Virus record (IMG/VR): IMGVR_UViG_3300029922_000001
Span: 124,001 to 188,000 of that record
DNA length: 64,000 nucleotides
Reading direction: 5' to 3' (one strand)
Both the position numbers and the translations under genes were made by a program. Below, piece by piece: positions 11,849-21,822 of the stretch. Each line of letters starts with the position of its first letter. Position 1 is the first letter of the stretch. The notes under the pieces were generated by a model, which saw nothing but the letters and a program-made list of their open reading frames with translations, did not search any database and was not told where the DNA came from.

Positions 11849-13190
11849 TTGAAGTTAGTCTATAAATAGACTTTATGATATTAGCTCTATTTCAACTATA
11901 CTGACTCATTAACATGTGGCATTAGCCACATGACCCACTTCCAGGGTTCTACTACGTCCTACTTTGGTAGGTCGTAGATACTTTATTGAATTCACTTTTA
12001 TTTTTGAATACTGACCATATCTACTCTTTGAGCAAATATTAGCTGATCCATTAGCATCTCTATGAATTTTATATTTACAATTAGAACAACAATAATTTCT
12101 ATTTATAACATTGTTAACATGTCCACAATTGGAACAGGTTTTACTAGAATAACTCTCGTTAATAATTTTAGTAGTCATACCGAACATTTTACCTTTTTCT
12201 TTAACATATTTAGAGAATTGTCCATGTGTCCATTGACTTATTTTTTGATTAACTTTCTTTCCTAAATTAACATTATCAGAAATATTTCTAACATCTCCAA
12301 TAGCTATGTTAGCCACTTTGTTTTCTTGGCAGAAGTTGATTACTTGTCTACTAGCTTTATGAAGTATATCTCTTTGTTGTCTTTTAAGTTTAGAAGAAGC
12401 TTTATTTTTAAGATCAGTTAATTTTTTATATCTTTTACTACCTGATTTACATCTGCTCAAGAGTTCTTCTAATGATTTATGTCTTTTATTTCTTAATTGT
12501 TTTACTGACCTTAGTTGTCTTCCTGATATTCCTATAGTTTTCCCGTCTTCGACGGTACAATAGGCAATATGAATTTCTCCCATGTCTATTCCTATCGTTT
12601 TAATCTGTCTCAATACATCTGATGGAATAATACCAGTATCCACAACTATATGAAGATAAAAGACGTTAGAATCTAAAACTAATTCAGCTATGTTAATATT
12701 TTTATTAATGAATTTACAAGGTAAATCTAATATTAAAGGTTCTGTAATTTTACCATTAGATAAATGTATTTTATTATTTTTAATTTTAATACCTAATTTT
12801 TTCCAGGTAATTGAAAATAGTTTTTTAGATTTATAAGGATATTCTGTTTTAATTTTATTATTTTCTTTTAATTCTTTTTCCCTATTTGATCTTGCAGACT
12901 CGATATTACTTTCTATTTTTTCCGCTATTGCCTGAATTGATTGACTATGGATATCATATTTTCCTTTAAATTCAAATTGTAATTCTCCTTTAGATAACCA
13001 TTTATCTTTTCTAGATTCAACATGAGCAGAGATCATATCAGAATAACATTGCCCAGCAATTTTTAATAAATGAGAACATTGTTTGATTTGTTTATTGTTT
13101 AGTGATAACTTAATAATATCAACCTTGCATGTTGTTTCTGAAAATTTTCGACCCATAATGGCACTTACTGTAAGTGCCTTATTAATTCCT
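11849..13190 (-). mobile_element. Solo-TnpB (IS1341-like) element without TnpA
   Basis: Inserted antisense in the structural operon. Right-end-like hairpin AGTCTA-TTTA-TAGACT followed by TTCAA (- strand, ending ~11849); palindrome GGCACTTAC-T-GTAAGTGCC at 13160-13178. Ends are approximate. Confidence 0.6.
11909..13156 (-). CDS. tnpB: TnpB RNA-guided endonuclease (IS200/IS605 OrfB family)
   Basis: RuvC-I IGIDMGE, RDILHKASR, RuvC-II region IAIGDV, Zn finger CSNC..CSNC, RuvC-III HRDANGSANI; 415 aa, K-rich. Confidence 0.9.
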   Translation of the reverse strand: MGRKFSETTCKVDIIKLSLNNKQIKQCSHLLKIAGQCYSDMISAHVESRKDKWLSKGELQFEFKGKYDIHSQSIQAIAEKIESNIESARSNREKELKENNKIKTEYPYKSKKLFSITWKKLGIKIKNNKIHLSNGKITEPLILDLPCKFINKNINIAELVLDSNVFYLHIVVDTGIIPSDVLRQIKTIGIDMGEIHIAYCTVEDGKTIGISGRQLRSVKQLRNKRHKSLEELLSRCKSGSKRYKKLTDLKNKASSKLKRQQRDILHKASRQVINFCQENKVANIAIGDVRNISDNVNLGKKVNQKISQWTHGQFSKYVKEKGKMFGMTTKIINESYSSKTCSNCGHVNNVINRNYCCSNCKYKIHRDANGSANICSKSRYGQYSKIKVNSIKYLRPTKVGRSRTLEVGHVANATC

Positions 13191-13245
13191 GCAAGATTTT
13201 AAATAAAAATGAAAAAACACTAAAACTCTTGTATAAAAATCAATA

Positions 13246-16200
13246 ATGGGTTATGCAATCAAGGTTCTATTTGCTGATAATATCGGCAATCAATATTTAA
13301 AGCACGATTATTTAATTGATGGTGGTTCTAACTATGTCAAAGGTGATACCACTTTCTTTGGCGAAATTCCAGTAGTTGCCCCTGCTTATACGAAAAACAG
13401 CAATTTATTGCTATTTCAATTTTTAGTTGTTGATGTTGACACCCGCAGCTATGTTCCATTTATTGGTGTAGGTTCTTTATCTATTTCTAATGATCCCAAT
13501 TTTGCAACCGCCCAAACATTAGTTATTCAACCAGCTTCAAGCGGACCTTTTTCAGCTTGGTATCCTACAAATCCAAATGACCCAAATGCACATTATAACA
13601 GTAACAATCTATATGTTGTTAATGTAGGTGGTGGTGGAGGTTCTGGAGATGCACTATTTGATTCTATAGCATATACAGGAACTAGTTATAGTGGTGATTT
13701 TGCTGGATATAATGAAACAACTTTGCCACCAGGCTACTTTGGTGTAGATAATTGGCAATTGTCAGCAAATGGTGGTGTTTCAACAGTCTATTTTAAGGTA
13801 ACCCTCACTTTAGATCCTACTGTTTACGCATCTGGTATTACTACTTATAATACAGCCAACTGGGTTACAGTTAATTATCCTGATAGTGTAGGTGGATTTA
13901 GCCAAATTTTATGGCAGTCTGAAAGAACTCCAACTCCTGGTGTTCCAGAAATATATTCACTATCTAAGAATTTATTAATTCCACCCTATTTAGTCAATAA
14001 CAGTGATCCTAGAACTTATACTTTGTATACTGGTGCCACTACTGCTTGGAGATTTAGAGCTTCATTAGATAATCAAACTGGCGTATACCAAAATGGTATT
14101 TCAAAATACATTGGTGATATGTATTCGTTTAATGCAGTTTATGCTTTACAAAGTTCAGGAATAAATCAGCAACCCAACAATTGGTCCAGCAAATTGGGAA
14201 CAATAGATAGATATCGTGGCGTTTCTGATCCATACGATAATACTCTTGTTAATTATGATGAAAATGTTGCTATTTCCAGTCTTGGTACGGTCTTGGCAGG
14301 TAGAGTGTCTTATAGAACCGTAGCTCCTTTGTTAAGCGCCACTCAAGTAGCTTTTAATAACTCTGTACAGGTTACAGGGTTTTCTGGTGGAGAACCTTCT
14401 TATGGTAGTACTATTAGTAGTCCACCTACACCAACTACACAATCTACAGAATATAGATTTAATAGCTCCGTGCCATTCCCTGTAACATCTACAAATAAAG
14501 ATGCTGTAGTTCAGGCTGCATTTAAGTTTACAAATCTCCCAATTTCTTTACCCATTGAAACTTGGTGTATTTTGTCTTTGGCTGATCCACAAACAACTAG
14601 CATTTACTTTAAGACAACTTTGAGTCTTAATTCTGATGGTAGTTTAAATGTTACTATTGAAAGAGTTTCAATCACAACAGTTACAGATAGTATTAATTTT
14701 AGAATTAATGAAAATCTAACCAGTAAGTTAGCAACTGGATTCTTATTAGAAATGTATGTGCAACAATTAGGTAATGGTGAAGTGATTATTAAATCATACG
14801 CCACAGAAATGACGGTAGAAACACCTATTGGATCAGTTCAATATTGCAGAGAAAGTGTTTATTTAGGTGCTTTTGTTTGTACTGGTTGGGGAACTAATTT
14901 GTATACCGGAAATCTATACGCAGAGACTGGATTTTATCTTAATGGTTCTAGTGGTTCCTTACTAGACTGTGCTGTAGCAACTGGTAGTTTCGTTTTAGAT
15001 GCAGATTTAGGTGATTGTAGAAAGTATAATTACGTACCACACTCCTTCCCAAGCACTATTACAGACGGCAATTCTTGGGGTACCCAGTTAAATGGATGGA
15101 ATTGGTTTACATATGATGATTTAGGTAATCCATCAACAACAGCTAATCAATATGAAATTTTAGGTACTGGTATTGTGTTGAATTCGTGTGAATTGGTGGC
15201 TACAAATAGCACGTTCTCTAAAAAGTTTGAAGTTAATGTGCAAGCAACTTTTGTTGACGGCATCAATCCTCCAGCGCAAAATTTCTACATTGGTGTCAGT
15301 AATCAAACACCTAATGTTTATGCTGTAAATGGTGGTTTAAATGCCCAAGAAGAAATAAAGTTTATTGAACGATTGAATTTAGCACCTGGTGGATTGGGTC
15401 TTACTGGTATACCAGACACATTAGCTGTTGTGTTTGATCAGGTTCAACAAATTATCTATATTCAACAGATGTTACCAACAGGTTATGTTGATACACAAAC
15501 TATTGCACCATTTAATCCTAAAAATGACGGTGAAACATGGTCTGTTGAATTTGATTTCTTAGATAATCAAGAAGCTGCCCCACAACTTCAAATCATTTTA
15601 AGAAGAAAACAAATACCACTATATGGTGGTTCTTCAGAAGTTGTTGAACAAGAGGGATTTAAATTTATTGGAAATTATATGACCCCAGCACCTGGTGGAT
15701 TGGGTTATTATGTTGCGGTTGGATCAACAACAAATGTCACTTTAAATTGCGTAAAAGTTCAAGGTTTACCACAAGTTGAACCTTATGGTACAGATTCATC
15801 TGCTTTATCCTGTCAATTCATTCAAGGTTCATACACTGAACAAGAATTCAAATCTATTGTAGGACAAGGTTGTTATTCTTCACTTAATGATGAAGATGAT
15901 TATTTATTTGCTAATCCGGTGGATCAAGATAATCCTTCTAACTGGTTAAGAATGACTCTAACAGATATAGTAGCCACTGATCCAACAGTTACAACAGCTA
16001 ATATTGGTGAAAAATTCTTTATTGGATCTGCTGGACCCACCAATTCTGGTACGTTAAAGGTGGTTGGACCATTGGGTACGTTGGTTATATTTACTATACC
16101 AGTAAATACTAATTATTATGTTCAAGTTCCAACTGGTTCGCATCAAGGTGTTTATAAACTATTTAACCAGAGTGGTACTGTTAGTATCTGTTCGGTTGAA

Positions 16201-19200
16201 GATTATCAATTGTCTAATTTACCAACATATGCAGTAGATCATAACATTGCTAATTTCACCATACCCGGATCTGGTGACCCACACCCAACATATACGGATG
16301 GAAGTGATACTTTTAATATTGGAGACGTTGTATTAGTCACCAATCAATCTGATAGTACTCAAAATGGAGTTTATACTTTGTCTTTGAAGTCATCCCATAC
16401 ATTTTATGTTAACAAACTAAGCGCCGTCAATGCAAAAGAGGCAATTCAAGTTACAAATGTTACTCAATTTGCACAAGATACCAATAGTAATGTTTGGGTT
16501 AATATTGCTTCATTTGCGGGTTATACAAATGGTGATACTGTTGTTATTACATCAATGGTATCAGGTGGATGGGCTGCTGACACAAGTGGACATACAGGTG
16601 GAATAACATATGCAGATGATGCTTTAACTCCTGGTATTTATGTTTACAATTCAACAGGATACGTTATTGACGCAGTTACGTATTATCTTCAAAAATTAGA
16701 TACTATGTTTGTTGAGTCAGCAACCTCAGCAGATAATGCTAATATCTTTGAATCAAATAACGTTCTATATTTACAAAATGCAACAAATAGTAGTGATAAC
16801 CCTAATTTAGATGGTTCAGCATTGACAATTGGAAGTACTTGTTTATTGTATGGTGGTACCGTCAACACTACAAGGCGCGGCGTTTATGTACTAATTGAAA
16901 CTAATGATTTTGAGACTCTAAATGCCTTAGTTCTCCAACCAGTTACTGTTTTTGAAGAATTAATACGTAATGACAATTTATCTACTGATTTATTGGTGGC
17001 TGACACTAGTGATAACGAATACTTCCAATTAAGTCTTAAAGATTCAAAAACAGCTAGTGTAAATTTTTATGGATACTATTCTCCTTATGTGGCTAGTACA
17101 GGTACGATTTCGCAAAGGGCACCCAGAACATTCAATTCTCTAAGTACAGTAACCACATGGATTAGTATTGCTGATCTTGCAACAACTACAGATATTGATA
17201 TTACCGCAAATATATCAACTGTTGATAACATGCCAGTGTATGACAAAATGATTATCTTGGTCAAAGATCAAACTAATTCCGCTGAAAATGATCTTTATCA
17301 AGTTACAGGATCGGAAAATGCATATACACTTAATAGATTAAATTATTTTGGTAGCAACAACTATACTGGACGCACTATTACAGTTAATCATCGTATGTTT
17401 AAGGCTGACATTAATGCCGGTGGATATATCAATAATATGAGTATGTGGTATTATAAACCATTAACCAATACTTTCAAGAGAAACGGTATAGTAATTTGTC
17501 AAAGAGTAGCATTAATACAAAATGCAATCAGTAGTGTACTTAATGTTGATTTACGTCTACTTGAAGTTAAGGCAAGATTTAATAATCCAATTCAAAGAGC
17601 GGGTGTTATTAAGGCAAGATTCTATTCCGATAACAATAACAATATTAATGCACCATTATCAGCTTGGTCTACTGCTGGAACATTAGAAATAGGTAGATTT
17701 AATTCCAATTTTAATCAAACTCAATATACCAGATCCAATACCGCTAACTTTAGACTTGGTTCATTAGTTGCTAATAATAATTTAATACAATTTAATTTTG
17801 ATAATCTAATTTACAATACAATTTCGAACTCTAATGACTATATTTGGGTTGCAATAGACGTACCGGAAGGTGCTGATTTACTATCCGCTTATGCAAATAT
17901 TGAAGGCATTTTAGGTCCAGCTTATCCAGATCCTGTTAATAGCTCAAACTTTAATAGCACACCATCACATTCTTGGTGCAACACTCAAAGCTTGTGGCAC
18001 AATCTTTATAGACATTATTCTGTTATGTCTTCAAACAGTGTTAATGGCGCAGATATTCAAACAAGAATTTTAGCCGAATCACAAGCTAGATATCGCTCAT
18101 TTGCATCTAATATTTCTAATGATGCTTTGGTTGATTTGAATGCTCCAGCAATAGTAGGTGACGCACCATTACTTCAAGAATGTAATGGTGAAGTCGAAAT
18201 AGCTATTAATGTTTCCGCAACTCAATTATTGATTACTGCGCAAAAGGCTACAGGTTCCCCAATATTAGCCTTTAGAGTAATCAAACAGATAGATGATGGT
18301 ATTAATATCACTGGACCTTGGATGCCTTGGGTAGACTATTTAACCACGGAATCAAATGTTGCCCAATATAGTGTTTTCCACAATGGGACATGGAATAAAA
18401 CCAAATTAGGTATAGAAGACACTTCTATCTTAAATCAAAATTTTGGATTCGATAATGCCAGAAGTGTTAAGGTTCAAATAATAGACTATGTTGGTAATGT
18501 AACCACAAGCAATAAAATCATCATTCACACTGGACATTATGCGTTATTAGATACTAATCCACCTGTGATTACTGGTGTTCAATTTATTGATCAAAACAGC
18601 GTATCCGTTCCATATTACAGCGGTAATTATAATCCTCATATGGTTTTGAATGCCTATGATGTAGTTAGTGATATTAAAGACTTCAGAATAAGACCTTACA
18701 ATAACGAAAACCCACCTTGGTCTAATTGGCAACCTATTGTTCAACTAGTAGCTTTAACAGAGGACTATTTAGCTCAAGATGGTATTTCAAGAGTGGAAAT
18801 ACAACTTAGAGATTATGGAAATAATATAACCCAAAAGACAACTAATGTTGATATGATTACCGACGCTGCACAACAGTCAAATGTTGTCAGTGGTACTAAC
18901 TTCATTAAATTGTTATTTAATAAACTAACCAGATACACTTATTTAAATAATGATTACGTGTATATTGCTGGTATTCAAAGTCAAACATATACTATTGCTA
19001 GTTTATTGTCTGCATCAACTAATAGTTTGGAATATACTGCATATGATATTAATAGCCAACCTGTACTATTCAGAACTACTGACTATTTTAATACAGTAAC
19101 ATTCAATAGTGTAGCTTGGACTAGATCCAGTAGTAGTACACTAGATCCATCTAGTACTACATTCTATATTGATAATACAACTGGTAATATTTTACTATCT

Positions 19201-21777
19201 CAAGCGTTAACTTCAGGAACTATTTTAACCGGTGGATTGTTAAACAACACTTCTACCATTAACTTAATTAGAGATTCAGCAGTTATTTATCAGTGGAATA
19301 ATCAACAATTAGTTAAGGTGATTGATTTAGGTTCACAAGGTGAAAGATGTGTGCTTTCATTGTTAGCTATTAATGGTACGCTGTTTATTGGTGGAAGCAC
19401 TGGATGTGTTTGGACATACGATACACGTAGACTTTCCGCTCCTGTCTTTATAGAACCTAATGGTTTACCTATTACAGTGTTGTGGTTACATCAATTCCAG
19501 CACGAACCTCAATCATATGTTTATATTGGAACCGCATGTGATACGCCAAATTCTATCAACGCAAGACTATATAGAAGCCCTATACAATTAGCTGCTTTCA
19601 ATTACGGTTGGACACCAGTCACGTTTGTTAATGGTAATGCTAGTTTACCAGCTAATGTTGATTACACCTGTGCTGTGTCTGCTTATAACTATTTATTCTT
19701 GGGAACAAGTAATCAATGGATTTTAAGATACGCAAGGAATCAAATTGGTTCTGCTGGTTTTGTGGAACAAGAATACTTATTTGGTTCACAAATAACAAAC
19801 GCAAACATTGGTTACAATATTTTCGCAGGAGACGCTGAAACACCTGATGCTACATTACCAATCTATGATATGAAAACTGCTGGTAATATGGTGTTGGCAA
19901 CTATTGAAAATAAGCCAGAAATATGGGCATATAGTCAAGAGTTTAGGAAAAATGTTCTATATAACGAATTATGGAGCAAGGTTAACTTTAATCGTGACTT
20001 TATTTATGATCCAGCCCCTTGGCAATTTTATGGTACTGCTGTTCCTTTGAACCTACCAGCCAACACACAAACGCTTTATTATCACTCTAATACACGTAAT
20101 AATGCTAATATTAATTGGGCAAGTATTAGTGATTCTAATGCTGTTAATGGATATAGAGAGGCTATGATTGTTAATGGTGTAGCTAATCAATATGCAATAT
20201 TTATTTTGGGTACAGGAAGTGATTGGGAGCAAGTTATGCGCCCTGTTAATAACGTTTCTCCTTCTAAATACACATTAGATTTAGAGATTATGCAAGTTAC
20301 TGGTAATGGATATCAAGGAATTGAAATTAGTGATGGTAATTATAATTACAATATTCAATTCTCAAGCAGTAACTTAGTATTAACAAGTGGTAGTAATGTT
20401 AGAACTATCAACTTAGATACACCTAATTTATTAGGTGGTGTATCTAACACTAATACTACTGTAAGTATGCTTTCTCTAGAACCTAATCTTCAGTATCCAC
20501 AGAATGGAACTCAATATCTTTGGAACTTCGCTAAGGGTACAGACAGAGAAGATAGAGGACCTTATTGGATAGGTGGACCTTCCACCACAGGAAATAGCAC
20601 CGATGTTTGGTTGGTCACTAATGAGGCTACTTTAGGTACTATTATTGAAACAGAAACTACAGACACAATGATAGAAGATAGTAATTCTTTGTTATTGAAT
20701 TATGCTTCTGCGACATTAGGAGTTAATCCTATTTTGTATACTGATTTTAATATAGCAAACTCAGCACTGAATACCACACAAAATCCACTACTTAATACAG
20801 TATTAGATCAGAGTATATTACAGTATGGTATGCAAATTGACACCCAATCTAAGGTTCTAATTAGAGTTAAGGTTCCACAAAATGTTGCAGGTAATCTTAA
20901 TAATCAACCGCAACTTAGAATGACTTGGAGCCATGAAGACACCGTAGACGTTCAAGGAATGTCTTGGGTTGAACAAGACTTAGAATTAGATGGTCAATAC
21001 CATACTTACGTATTTGCTCCTGCCTGGAGTCGTGGTGTTAAATTCCTCGCTTTTGAATTTGTTAACTGTCCACAAGGAACATTTGTAGACGCACAAGCAA
21101 ATCCTCATACCGGTTTTGCGGCTGTTGATTATATAGCTGTAACAAGTAGAGTTAATTTCTTAGCTAATCCTAATTTTGCAAGTGTTGATGGTCAAACTTT
21201 GAGAAATTATCATGAATCCTTGACTTCATTAAGAATTGCTAGAGACGGCGCAAGACTAAGAGTATGGCTTGGACAGTCAGAAAGACCATTAATAGATGAA
21301 AATAATTTACTAGTTAATCCGACTGCAAATATTGAAATCAAGATTGGAAAGACATATGTAGATCCAAATGAATCTAATGTGTCTTTGGCATCTAATTACA
21401 GTTCTGCTTGGATGTATGGTACTCTAAAATTCATCCAAGGTTATAGCATCCCACCTATCACAAGAGATATTTATGATTTCAAATTAGCTTGGAGACTACC
21501 ATCGGTTGCCGCTGCAAAATCATTTGCTTATCAAGGTGGAACCATATGCGTAATGACAGACGGAATGGGCATTACAAATGATAGATTTATGAATCCTGAC
21601 GACAATATGGTGAAAAGCTTCTTGTATCAAGCAGATAAACAAGCTTGGATACCACAGCCAGTTCCACAAAGTCGATTATTAGAGAATGGACTAAGTATAG
21701 TTGCTGTTTATGACGCTATTGGATATCAAAATAGTGTTATTTTCGTGGGTGAACAAGGCAATATTTCTTATGCTTAA
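13246..21777 (+). CDS. Giant virion structural / tail fibre-like protein (2843 aa)
   Basis: Repeated fibre-type motif GDVVLVTNQSDSTQNGVY / ILVKDQTNSAENDLY; beta-propeller-like LFIGGSTG and LFLGTSN segments; structural context. Confidence 0.65.
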   Translation: MGYAIKVLFADNIGNQYLKHDYLIDGGSNYVKGDTTFFGEIPVVAPAYTKNSNLLLFQFLVVDVDTRSYVPFIGVGSLSISNDPNFATAQTLVIQPASSGPFSAWYPTNPNDPNAHYNSNNLYVVNVGGGGGSGDALFDSIAYTGTSYSGDFAGYNETTLPPGYFGVDNWQLSANGGVSTVYFKVTLTLDPTVYASGITTYNTANWVTVNYPDSVGGFSQILWQSERTPTPGVPEIYSLSKNLLIPPYLVNNSDPRTYTLYTGATTAWRFRASLDNQTGVYQNGISKYIGDMYSFNAVYALQSSGINQQPNNWSSKLGTIDRYRGVSDPYDNTLVNYDENVAISSLGTVLAGRVSYRTVAPLLSATQVAFNNSVQVTGFSGGEPSYGSTISSPPTPTTQSTEYRFNSSVPFPVTSTNKDAVVQAAFKFTNLPISLPIETWCILSLADPQTTSIYFKTTLSLNSDGSLNVTIERVSITTVTDSINFRINENLTSKLATGFLLEMYVQQLGNGEVIIKSYATEMTVETPIGSVQYCRESVYLGAFVCTGWGTNLYTGNLYAETGFYLNGSSGSLLDCAVATGSFVLDADLGDCRKYNYVPHSFPSTITDGNSWGTQLNGWNWFTYDDLGNPSTTANQYEILGTGIVLNSCELVATNSTFSKKFEVNVQATFVDGINPPAQNFYIGVSNQTPNVYAVNGGLNAQEEIKFIERLNLAPGGLGLTGIPDTLAVVFDQVQQIIYIQQMLPTGYVDTQTIAPFNPKNDGETWSVEFDFLDNQEAAPQLQIILRRKQIPLYGGSSEVVEQEGFKFIGNYMTPAPGGLGYYVAVGSTTNVTLNCVKVQGLPQVEPYGTDSSALSCQFIQGSYTEQEFKSIVGQGCYSSLNDEDDYLFANPVDQDNPSNWLRMTLTDIVATDPTVTTANIGEKFFIGSAGPTNSGTLKVVGPLGTLVIFTIPVNTNYYVQVPTGSHQGVYKLFNQSGTVSICSVEDYQLSNLPTYAVDHNIANFTIPGSGDPHPTYTDGSDTFNIGDVVLVTNQSDSTQNGVYTLSLKSSHTFYVNKLSAVNAKEAIQVTNVTQFAQDTNSNVWVNIASFAGYTNGDTVVITSMVSGGWAADTSGHTGGITYADDALTPGIYVYNSTGYVIDAVTYYLQKLDTMFVESATSADNANIFESNNVLYLQNATNSSDNPNLDGSALTIGSTCLLYGGTVNTTRRGVYVLIETNDFETLNALVLQPVTVFEELIRNDNLSTDLLVADTSDNEYFQLSLKDSKTASVNFYGYYSPYVASTGTISQRAPRTFNSLSTVTTWISIADLATTTDIDITANISTVDNMPVYDKMIILVKDQTNSAENDLYQVTGSENAYTLNRLNYFGSNNYTGRTITVNHRMFKADINAGGYINNMSMWYYKPLTNTFKRNGIVICQRVALIQNAISSVLNVDLRLLEVKARFNNPIQRAGVIKARFYSDNNNNINAPLSAWSTAGTLEIGRFNSNFNQTQYTRSNTANFRLGSLVANNNLIQFNFDNLIYNTISNSNDYIWVAIDVPEGADLLSAYANIEGILGPAYPDPVNSSNFNSTPSHSWCNTQSLWHNLYRHYSVMSSNSVNGADIQTRILAESQARYRSFASNISNDALVDLNAPAIVGDAPLLQECNGEVEIAINVSATQLLITAQKATGSPILAFRVIKQIDDGINITGPWMPWVDYLTTESNVAQYSVFHNGTWNKTKLGIEDTSILNQNFGFDNARSVKVQIIDYVGNVTTSNKIIIHTGHYALLDTNPPVITGVQFIDQNSVSVPYYSGNYNPHMVLNAYDVVSDIKDFRIRPYNNENPPWSNWQPIVQLVALTEDYLAQDGISRVEIQLRDYGNNITQKTTNVDMITDAAQQSNVVSGTNFIKLLFNKLTRYTYLNNDYVYIAGIQSQTYTIASLLSASTNSLEYTAYDINSQPVLFRTTDYFNTVTFNSVAWTRSSSSTLDPSSTTFYIDNTTGNILLSQALTSGTILTGGLLNNTSTINLIRDSAVIYQWNNQQLVKVIDLGSQGERCVLSLLAINGTLFIGGSTGCVWTYDTRRLSAPVFIEPNGLPITVLWLHQFQHEPQSYVYIGTACDTPNSINARLYRSPIQLAAFNYGWTPVTFVNGNASLPANVDYTCAVSAYNYLFLGTSNQWILRYARNQIGSAGFVEQEYLFGSQITNANIGYNIFAGDAETPDATLPIYDMKTAGNMVLATIENKPEIWAYSQEFRKNVLYNELWSKVNFNRDFIYDPAPWQFYGTAVPLNLPANTQTLYYHSNTRNNANINWASISDSNAVNGYREAMIVNGVANQYAIFILGTGSDWEQVMRPVNNVSPSKYTLDLEIMQVTGNGYQGIEISDGNYNYNIQFSSSNLVLTSGSNVRTINLDTPNLLGGVSNTNTTVSMLSLEPNLQYPQNGTQYLWNFAKGTDREDRGPYWIGGPSTTGNSTDVWLVTNEATLGTIIETETTDTMIEDSNSLLLNYASATLGVNPILYTDFNIANSALNTTQNPLLNTVLDQSILQYGMQIDTQSKVLIRVKVPQNVAGNLNNQPQLRMTWSHEDTVDVQGMSWVEQDLELDGQYHTYVFAPAWSRGVKFLAFEFVNCPQGTFVDAQANPHTGFAAVDYIAVTSRVNFLANPNFASVDGQTLRNYHESLTSLRIARDGARLRVWLGQSERPLIDENNLLVNPTANIEIKIGKTYVDPNESNVSLASNYSSAWMYGTLKFIQGYSIPPITRDIYDFKLAWRLPSVAAAKSFAYQGGTICVMTDGMGITNDRFMNPDDNMVKSFLYQADKQAWIPQPVPQSRLLENGLSIVAVYDAIGYQNSVIFVGEQGNISYA

Positions 21778-21822
21778 TGATAAGCTAGGTTTTCACTTCA
21801 ATCAATCTGTATAAAGAAATAT

